Assembly: GCA_023150535.1 (NCBI GenBank) | Contig: JAKLKS010000003.1 | Span: 1-44,510 of the forward strand | DNA length: 44,510 bases | Direction of reading: 5' to 3' | Source of the DNA: Planctomycetota bacterium | GTDB lineage: Bacteria; Planctomycetota; JAJSAM01; JAKLKS01 | Shown here: one piece after another, positions 34,805 to 43,089 of the stretch | Layout of the letters: each line of letters opens with the position of its first letter | Position numbering within the stretch: the stretch's first letter is position 1 | Position numbers and translations under genes: made by a program | The notes under the pieces: generated by a model | Databases searched by the model: none | The model's input: the letters and a program-made list of their open reading frames with translations, nothing else | What the model was told of the DNA's origin: nothing

Positions 34805-35860
34805 GGGCAAGGGCACCGTGGCTGAGCTCGGTGGTCCCCTTCAGGGTCTTCGGTGCAGCGGGTTGCGCACCGCCGTCGCCGGCGACGCGCCTCCCCTCCT
34901 GGTCTTGCCCTGCCTCTCGGAGCTTCCGCGTCCTGCACCTAGCCGCGTTCTGGTTCGCGGCACCCTCCACGCCGTTCCTCCGGCCTCGAGGTCTTCGATG
35001 CACGACACCGTCCGGGACCGCGGTCCCGGCTGCTCCCGCAGGCTTGGGCGTCCCTCCAGGGTATGACCCTGGCTGCCCGTGCCGCGACGGCCTTCGCCGT
35101 GCGGCGACCCTCCTGGGGTTCCGTCCCCCTACAGCGGTCACGACCTGCCGGAGTCCGCTCTTCCCGGAGTTCCCGACCTCCGGCACGGTCCGCCCTCGGC
35201 GTTTCGCACGCCCTCGACGGTTTGCTCCTCCAACAGGCTCCCGGCCCTTTTCAGGCCGGTGCCGCTCCTGGGGTTCTCCCTACAGAGCCTTGCTCCTCCT
35301 CGGGAAGCCGTGCGCCTTTCGGCGCCGATACCCTCCTGCCGTTCACAGAAACCGCGGTCCTCCACTCTGAGGTTTTTCTGGAAGATCACGGTTCTCCGCA
35401 GCTTCAGGGTCTTGCTCCTCCCGACGAGTCCGTACCCCGCGGGGCTGCCGCCCCGCAGCCGGGCCGATGCTCTCTTGGGATTGGGCCTCTCCAGGGCTCT
35501 CGCCGGAATGCCATGGCCAGCGCTTCCGCCGGCCTTCCCGCCCGCACTTCGGCTTCGCCGCGCCTCGCTAAAGACGGGACGTCGCCTGTGCCTCCGGGCT
35601 TCTCTGCACGATCCGGTCAGGGGATCCGTCTCCGGACCCCCGGCCCTCCTGAGGTTTTCCACCTGATCTCGCCCTAGGTGCCCCCTTAAGGCACCCAGGC
35701 GTTTCCGGCAGGCACTGGGCCCGCCGGCGCGAGGGGGGTTTCCCCCCTGGGCGGCGGGACCCGAAGGCCCCACCCACCCGACTCGCTGCCTGGTTGTCAA
35801 AGAGGCACTTCGGACAGGCGAGACCCCGGTGACGAGTCCCAGAAGCGCCCTTGCCCACCG
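34805..35860 (-). ncRNA. candidate large (~1.05 kb) structured non-coding RNA or giant structured ptsN leader; family not recognised
   Basis: No credible ORF. Purine-rich on the minus strand. Promoter TTGACG-16-TAGACT lies just upstream. A 13-bp helix joins 35856-35844 to 34817-34805. More than 10 perfect local hairpins, including UUCG/GAAA/GAGA loops. Internal 10-12-nt exact repeats. Confidence 0.4.
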
Positions 35861-35866
35861 GGGGAG

Positions 35867-35894
35867 AGTCTACAACGCGGGGAGACTTCGTCAA
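35867..35894 (-). promoter_or_regulatory. near-consensus sigma70 promoter facing the ORF-free region
   Basis: Minus strand TTGACG (35894-35889), 16-nt spacer, TAGACT (35872-35867). A 60% A+T block at 35911-35950 sits in the UP-element position. Confidence 0.45.
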
Positions 35895-36093
35895 GGCGGA
35901 TTCCGTCCACAATCTGTTTCCTATCAAGGAGTTATGACGGATCTAACCTGTGGATGAGCGGGTGGAGAACTCCCCATCCCCCTGCTCCTCAAGGGGATGC
36001 GAAGTTGTGGAGAGAGTGGATAACCGGCCGCACCCGGCCGATGAAAGGGGGACGAAGCGAGGCGGACGGATGCGGAATCCCCGTGGAAGGATC

Positions 36094-36118
36094 GGATCTC
36101 CACAGGCTGTGGAAATCC
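36094..36118. promoter_or_regulatory. 25-bp near-palindrome, candidate dimeric regulator site
   Basis: ggatctccaca-ggc-tgtggaaatcc, 11-nt arms with one mismatch. Part of a cluster of eight GTGGA/TCCAC cores (35906-36113). Confidence 0.4.
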
Positions 36119-36295
36119 AGGGGCCCCGGTCCGAAGGCCCTTGAATCCTGCGCTGGAAGCACTATTCTTAGGGGGTCTTACCGGATCCGACCCCAGATAT
36201 GGCGGCTAGGACCCGTCCGAAAAGGCGGATGCTCTGAGGGCCGCCCTGCCGCCGGGGTCGGGGACGGAATCGGGACGCCCCGATGGAGGCGAACC

Positions 36296-37297
36296 TTGGG
36301 CGCTCCCTTCCTTCCCTTCCTCCGGACGCAGGGCGGCCGGCGCCTCCTTCCCGCGCTCCTCGCCCTCCTCCCGCTCCTCGCCGCCTGCGCCTCCACGGAC
36401 CCCGACGCGGGCAGGACCTGGCAGCCCGCGGACGAGTCCTCCTGGGCGACGACGGCGCGGGCCCTGGCGGCGGACCTGGGGGCCACCCTCGTCGCGGAAC
36501 CCGGCACGAGGACCCTCGTCATCGAGGGGAGGGGCGGCCGCATCCTCTTCCTCGACGGCACCCGCATGGTGACCGTGGACGGCCAGCGCCTCGAGGCCTC
36601 GACCACGCTGCAGTTCGGGGACGGGGACGTGGCCCTGGCCAACGAGGACGCGGTGCGGATCTCCCAGGCGTGGAAGGAGGCCGTCTCCCGCAGGGAGGCC
36701 AGGGAGCGCGCCCTCGCCGCCGCCGCCGCCCCGCCGCCTCCCTCCCGCGCCCCCCCGCGGGGCGACGCCGTGGGGGACCCCGAGTGGAACGTCCCCCTGA
36801 AGCGGGACTGGGAGGGGATCCTCATCCACCACTCCGCGACGGAGGGCGGGAACCTCGCCAAGTTCGACAAGTTCCACCGCGAGGTGAACGGGTGGCTCAT
36901 GGTCGGGTACGACTTCATCATCTGCAACGGGGACGGGGGGCCCGACGGCCTCGTCCAGACGTCGGAGCGGTGGACCACCCAGATCCAGGGGGCCCACGCG
37001 GGCAAGGGCCTCAAGAGGTACAACGACCACTGGGTCGGCATCTGCCTCGTCGGCGACTTCAGCCGCGAGCGCCCCACGGCGAAGCAGATGGCCTCTCTCC
37101 GCCGCCTGGTCCGCTACCTCCAGGACCGCTGCGGGATCCCCGACGCCAACGTGCGCACCCACCGGGACGTCCGGGACACGGACTGCCCCGGGAAGCACTT
37201 CCCCCTGGGGGAGGTGCTCCGCGCCGGGGCGGGCCCGCGCGGGGCGGAGGCCCTGCGATCGGGGGCGGGCCTGCGCGCCTCGCCCCGGGGGAAGTAG
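36296..37297 (+). CDS. lipoprotein N-acetylmuramoyl-L-alanine amidase (Amidase_2/PGRP domain)
   Basis: 333 aa from TTG 36296, with GGAGG 6 nt upstream. Lipobox 'LLPLLAAC'. 'ILIHHSAT…GYDFII…HAG…NDHWVGICLVGDF…H.D…CPG'. Confidence 0.8.
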   Translation: MGAPFLPFLRTQGGRRLLPALLALLPLLAACASTDPDAGRTWQPADESSWATTARALAADLGATLVAEPGTRTLVIEGRGGRILFLDGTRMVTVDGQRLEASTTLQFGDGDVALANEDAVRISQAWKEAVSRREARERALAAAAAPPPPSRAPPRGDAVGDPEWNVPLKRDWEGILIHHSATEGGNLAKFDKFHREVNGWLMVGYDFIICNGDGGPDGLVQTSERWTTQIQGAHAGKGLKRYNDHWVGICLVGDFSRERPTAKQMASLRRLVRYLQDRCGIPDANVRTHRDVRDTDCPGKHFPLGEVLRAGAGPRGAEALRSGAGLRASPRGK

Positions 37298-37302
37298 GAG
37301 GC

Positions 37303-37506
37303 CTACTCCTCCTCAGCCTTCGCGGAGGACTCCTCGGTCTTCGGCTCCGGCTTCTTCTTCGCCGCGCCGAGGATCTTGTACATCCCGGTCCCGCAGGTGC
37401 GGCACTTGCCGCGCATCGCGAGCTTCCCGTTGGACATGGTCACCTCCTGGGTGGCGACCATCTCGGACTTCTTGCGGCACTTGACGCAGTAGGCCTCGGC
37501 TGCCAT
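37303..37506 (-). CDS. small zinc-ribbon protein (DUF5679-like) with Lys/Glu-rich tail
   Basis: 67 aa. 'CVKC…(22)…CRTC'. GGAGG 5 nt upstream of the ATG. Confidence 0.7.
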   Translation of the reverse strand: MAAEAYCVKCRKKSEMVATQEVTMSNGKLAMRGKCRTCGTGMYKILGAAKKKPEPKTEESSAKAEEE

Positions 37507-37639
37507 GGGTTCCTCCGCCGGCGTCGGGCGCCGGCTGGTCTGTCGGGTTGAGGGTCGGGTTGCGCGGAGCCCCCTCCGGGGGGCCCCGCTGAGTATATCG
37601 CCGGCGGGGAGGGGGAGGCGGAGCCTCTCCCGCCCGCCG

Positions 37640-38194
37640 TCACCTGCGGGCGGCGGCGGCGATGGCGGCGGAGTTCTTGGAGAAGCGGATGTCCCTGCTG
37701 TTGGCGTACTCCATGAGCTCCTCCACCATGGAGCGGTGGATGAGCCCCTCCTCCGCCAGGAGGCGGAGGAAGATGCGGCCCTCGCGGTTCTCGATCTTCC
37801 CCGAGGCGTGGGTGAAGAACCGGTTGGACTCGTTCTCGGCCGCCATGATGCAGTCGATGGCCACCTGGAGCGTGGGCCGGTCGTTCACCTCGAGGAAGGT
37901 GAAGCGGGAGCGCTGCGTCTTCACGTCGTCCTCGGTGAGCGTGGTCTCCCCGCGGCCGCAGAGCTCCCGGCGGTACTTCCGGAGGATCTTGCGGTGGTCC
38001 CGCTCCTCGCTCGCCATGAGGCGGAACCTCTGCTTCATGATCGGATCGCCCACGACCTTCGAGAGGAACTCGTAGTACTGCGAGGTCAGGGTCTTCCATG
38101 AGACCGAGAAGTCGAGGATCCTCCGGGTCGTGACCCGGTCGTCCGCCGTGTCGAAGAAGAGCATTCGTTCCTGTGTCTCCAGTGTCGCCTGCAT
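37640..38194 (-). CDS. ferritin-like/rubrerythrin-superfamily four-helix-bundle protein
   Basis: 184 aa. 'ASEERDH' (ExxH) and 'AAENESNRFF'. GGAAGG upstream. Confidence 0.7.
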   Translation of the reverse strand: MQATLETQERMLFFDTADDRVTTRRILDFSVSWKTLTSQYYEFLSKVVGDPIMKQRFRLMASEERDHRKILRKYRRELCGRGETTLTEDDVKTQRSRFTFLEVNDRPTLQVAIDCIMAAENESNRFFTHASGKIENREGRIFLRLLAEEGLIHRSMVEELMEYANSRDIRFSKNSAAIAAAARR

Positions 38195-38232
38195 GGGGCC
38201 TTCCGGGGTTGGCTCCGCTCTAAAAGCCGACG

Positions 38233-38260
38233 AGTATACCGACCGGGAGCGCGCTGTCCA
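38233..38260 (-). promoter_or_regulatory. sigma70-type promoter of the ferritin-like gene
   Basis: Minus strand TGGACA (38260-38255), 16-nt spacer, TATACT (38238-38233), ~40 nt upstream of ATG 38194. Confidence 0.45.
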
Positions 38261-38546
38261 TAGCGAGGTCGCCGGGACGCGCGGGAAAGGGGGGCCGGGA
38301 GGGCCGCGGGGGCATCACGTGGACCCGCCCCGGTTGCCCACCATCCTGCAGAGCCCGGGGTAGTTGGCTCAGTCGATGGGGCCGGGGCGGGTTTTCTTCC
38401 CAGTCGTCGGGAGTGCTTTCGCAACCCCCGTGCCGTGATCGTGGGTCAAGCGCCAGCCTCGGGCCAGCCATTTCCGGGACCGATGCCGTCCCTTTCCGTG
38501 ACGTCCCGGCGCCGGCGCGTCCCCGATTGCGACGCGGTCCGGGGGC

Positions 38547-40358
<1,812 letters not shown>

Positions 40359-40537
40359 GGGAATCGCCCATGTCTACACGGTCCGGCTCCGGCCCCGGCG
40401 GAAAAGGCGGGGGGCCGGGCGGAAGGGGCGGGCCCGGGGCCGCGGCGCGGGGTGGTAGACTCGGGGAGTCCGGCCGTCCAAGGGGGGGAGCCCCGCGCGG
40501 AGGGGCGGACGGGGGAGGGTGCGTCCTGCGGGATCCG

Positions 40538-42253
40538 GTGCCGGGCCTGGGCCTTGGACTGGCCGCGGCGGCGGCGCTGGTCCTCCCCGCCCTGGCCGGG
40601 TGCGGCGGCGAGTGGGCGGTCCGGAGCGATCCCGACGGGAAGCCCGAGGGGCCCGGTGGCGTCGTCGTCGTCGGGACCGGCCTCCTGCTCGAGCCCCCCG
40701 AGGGGGGCCGCCTCCCCGTGACCCGCCCCGGCTCGGAGGTGGTCCTGCGCTTCTCCTCCCCCCTCGACCCGGCCTCGGCGCGGGGCGCCGTCCGGGTCGA
40801 GGACGGGAGCCGGGGCCCCCTGCCCGTGGAGGTCGCGGTCCGCGGGAGGGAGCTGGTCCTGCGCCCCCTGGCCGGCCGCTCCTGGCGCCCCGGCTCCACC
40901 CTGCGGGTCCGCGTCGCCGGCCTCCCCTCGCTCGGGGCGCTCCGGTCCTCCGCCGGGGACCCGCTCGAGCGCGACGCCGAGGTCCCGGTGGCGGTCCGGT
41001 CCACCCGCCGCACCGACAGGACCGCGCCCCTGCTCCTCTCCTCCGAGCCGGCGGACGGGGCCGCCGGGGTCGACCCCGCGGCGCCCCTCGTCCTGCGGTT
41101 CTCCGAGCCCATGGACTCCCGCGCCCTCTACGGGCGGGCGGGCTCCGGGGGGACGCGGGGGTACCGCGGCGATCCCGTCCTCGTGCGGTCCGAGGGCCGC
41201 GCCGTCCCCCTGAGGGCCTTCCTGGATCGGTCCCGCACGGTCCTGACCCTGCTCCCCGAGGGGGGGCTGCCCCCCGGCGCGGAGGTCACGGTGGAGCTCG
41301 GGGAGCGGGTCCGGGACGCCGCCGGGAACCCGCTGGACGACCGCGCGGGGAGGAGGATCTCCTTCACGACCGGCACCGCGGGGACGGGGGGCCTCCTCGT
41401 CGAGGCCTTCGAGGACGACCGCCTGATGGACCCCCTGGGGACCACCGTGCGCTGGGACCACCCCTCCGAGCCCGGCGTGCTCTCCTCCGTGCTGGACCCG
41501 CGGACTCTGGAGGCGGGGTCCGGCGGCGAGGAGAGGGCGCTGCTCCTCGATCCCCGGGGAGGGACGCTGCGCGTCCTGCTCCCCGCGGCGGAGGTCGGCG
41601 ACGAGCCCCGGGTCCTCAAGGGCGTCCACCTCGCGGCGGCCCCGGGTTCGACGGCGGGGGAGATCCTCGAGCCGCGCCTGCGCGTCGCCGTCCCTCCCGC
41701 GGCGGGGCCCGGGGAGGCGGCGGAGCCCCCGCTCTGGCAGGAGGCGGCGGCGGGGTCCCCGGGGGTCCAGCCCCGGGGGGGCGCCTACCCCCTGCCCTTC
41801 CTCCACCCGGTGAGGCACGACGGCGCCTCCGACCTCCTCCTGGAGCTGTCCTGGACCGGCACGGCGGGCCCGGTGATCCTCCGGGCCGCCAGGACCGCCG
41901 AGCAGCGCACCTGCGTGGAGGGCCCGGGGCCGGAGGCCATCGCCCTCTCCCTGTCCCCCGTCGTCCGGATCGAGGGGATCGGCGAGAGGGCGGTGGCCCG
42001 GTCCCTGTGGCTGGATTCCGGCGCCTCCTCCCCCGCCTGGCTGGCGCCCGTCCCCCTCCCGACGGGCCCGGGGGCGGCGATCCGGCTGCAGGGGGCCCCC
42101 GGGGCCGCCGACGGCGGCCCGGACCTGTCGCGGGCCACGGGATGGACCGAGGATCCCGCCCTCCTCGAGGGGATGCGGTGGGTGCGGTTCCGCGTCCTCT
42201 TCGGGGCCCCCGCCACCCTGGACCGGCTCGACCTGCCCTTCGCCCACCGGTAG
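40538..42253 (+). CDS. lipoprotein with SbsA-type Ig-like domains
   Basis: About 571 aa from GTG 40538 (the track's ATG 40370 would add a 56-aa Gly/Arg tail). Lipobox 'LPALAGC'. Repeats 'P.DGAAGVDPAAPLVLRFSEPMD'. Confidence 0.6.
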   Translation: MPGLGLGLAAAAALVLPALAGCGGEWAVRSDPDGKPEGPGGVVVVGTGLLLEPPEGGRLPVTRPGSEVVLRFSSPLDPASARGAVRVEDGSRGPLPVEVAVRGRELVLRPLAGRSWRPGSTLRVRVAGLPSLGALRSSAGDPLERDAEVPVAVRSTRRTDRTAPLLLSSEPADGAAGVDPAAPLVLRFSEPMDSRALYGRAGSGGTRGYRGDPVLVRSEGRAVPLRAFLDRSRTVLTLLPEGGLPPGAEVTVELGERVRDAAGNPLDDRAGRRISFTTGTAGTGGLLVEAFEDDRLMDPLGTTVRWDHPSEPGVLSSVLDPRTLEAGSGGEERALLLDPRGGTLRVLLPAAEVGDEPRVLKGVHLAAAPGSTAGEILEPRLRVAVPPAAGPGEAAEPPLWQEAAAGSPGVQPRGGAYPLPFLHPVRHDGASDLLLELSWTGTAGPVILRAARTAEQRTCVEGPGPEAIALSLSPVVRIEGIGERAVARSLWLDSGASSPAWLAPVPLPTGPGAAIRLQGAPGAADGGPDLSRATGWTEDPALLEGMRWVRFRVLFGAPATLDRLDLPFAHR

Positions 42254-42271
42254 CCGGGGCGGGTGCGCCCC

Positions 42272-42892
42272 CTACCCGCGGTCGAGGTCCTTCCGCGAGG
42301 CGACCACGCGGTCGATGAGCCCGTACTCCTTCGCCTCCTCCGCGGAGAGCCAGTAGTCGCGGTTCGTGTCCTCCTCGATCCGCTCCAGCTTCTGGCCGGT
42401 CTCCTCGGCGAGGAGCCGGTTGAGGCGCTGGCGCGTCTTGAGGATCTCCCGCGCGGTGATGGCGAGGTCCGAGGCGGCGCCGGAGGCGCCCGTGGAGGGC
42501 TGGTGGAGGAGGATGCGGGTGTTGGGGAGGGAGAAGCGGCTCCCCTTCGGGGCCCCGAGGAGCACGATGTTGGCCGCGCTCGCGGCGAGCCCCACGCAGA
42601 CCGCGCGGACGGGGCAGGAGATGAAGCGCAGGGCGTCGTAGATGGCGAAGCCGTCGTCCACGGAGCCGCCCGGGGAGTTGATGAGCAGGGTCACCGGGGC
42701 CCCGGCGTCCTCCGCCTCGAGGACGAGGAGGCTCGTCACGATCTTCCGGGAGGAGCGCGGCGTGATGGGCTCGAAGAGGGCCACGGTCCGGCTCTTGAGG
42801 AGGCGCTCCTCGATCCCGCGGGGGCCCTTCGGCGCCCCCTCGCCCTTCTCCTCGTCGTCGCCGTGGTAGACGTGCGCCGCGCCGTCCGTCAT
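42272..42892 (-). CDS. clpP: ATP-dependent Clp protease proteolytic subunit
   Basis: 206 aa from ATG 42892, with GGGAGG 6 nt upstream. 'INSPGGSV', Ser in 'GLAASAA', 'LLHQP', 'EEAKEYGLID'. No clpX is adjacent. Confidence 0.9.
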   Translation of the reverse strand: MTDGAAHVYHGDDEEKGEGAPKGPRGIEERLLKSRTVALFEPITPRSSRKIVTSLLVLEAEDAGAPVTLLINSPGGSVDDGFAIYDALRFISCPVRAVCVGLAASAANIVLLGAPKGSRFSLPNTRILLHQPSTGASGAASDLAITAREILKTRQRLNRLLAEETGQKLERIEEDTNRDYWLSAEEAKEYGLIDRVVASRKDLDRG

Positions 42893-43030
42893 GGAGGCCT
42901 CCCTGGACACCGGTTGGAAGGGGGCATTGTAGGACCGCCCGCTCCCGATGCGGAACTCCCGCCGCGGGCCCGGGCGGGGGGCCGGCGGGGCGCCCCCCCG
43001 CGGCAGGGGTGATGGGGCGGGCCTTTCCCC

Positions 43031-43058
43031 CTTGATCGACCGTTCGACGCTGTTATAA
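43031..43058 (+). promoter_or_regulatory. sigma70-type promoter of the FHA-kinase-like gene
   Basis: TTGATC (43031-43036), 16-nt spacer, TATAAG (43053-43058). Confidence 0.45.
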
Positions 43059-43089
43059 GGATCGCTGGGGCGCGGTCCTGCGTGCTCCC

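Noticed and set aside
35063-35800. Three overlapping 195-220-aa ORFs inside the large intergenic region.
   Set aside because: They lack the third-position G/C bias, have no recognisable motif, overlap one another in different frames and strands, and translate to Arg/Pro/Ser-rich sequence. I treated them as non-coding.
35906-36118. Calling this locus the chromosomal replication origin.
   Set aside because: The boxes are degenerate, the AT-rich block is only ~40 nt, and no dnaA, dnaN, parAB or gidA is in the window. The position is fully explained as the upstream region of two divergent promoters. I kept it only as an alternative hypothesis in the findings.
34700-36295. Known housekeeping RNAs: RNase P RNA, tmRNA, SRP/4.5S, 6S, rRNA fragments, tRNA and group II intron domain V.
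   Set aside because: I looked on both strands for GAGGAAAGUCCGGGC / ACAGAAnCCGGCUUA, tmRNA tag and T-arm-CCA ends, the SRP GGAAGCAGCC motif and the domain V consensus. Only short partial resemblances appeared (GGAAGGAUCGGAUCUCCACAGG at 36085, ACAGAAACCGCGG at 35345), and their partner motifs were not at the required spacing. A covariance-model search is still needed.
36140-36295. A possible ydaO-type (c-di-AMP) riboswitch upstream of the cell-wall amidase gene.
   Set aside because: The fragments UGAAUCC (36142), UAGGGGG (36169), CCGGAUCCGAC (36181) and GCUAGGACCCGU (36205) echo conserved ydaO segments, and the gene context fits. However, I could not build the pseudo-two-fold helices, and the ACAGCUAACCUCGUA core is absent. 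The region also overlaps a plausible promoter (TTGAAT 36141-36146, 16 nt, TATTCT 36163-36168). cmsearch with the ydaO-yuaA model would settle it.
38357-38381. A tRNA-like D-arm string, ggggtagttggctcagtcgatgggg.
   Set aside because: There is no complementary acceptor 3' strand, anticodon arm or GTTCRANNC T-loop within 90 nt on either strand.
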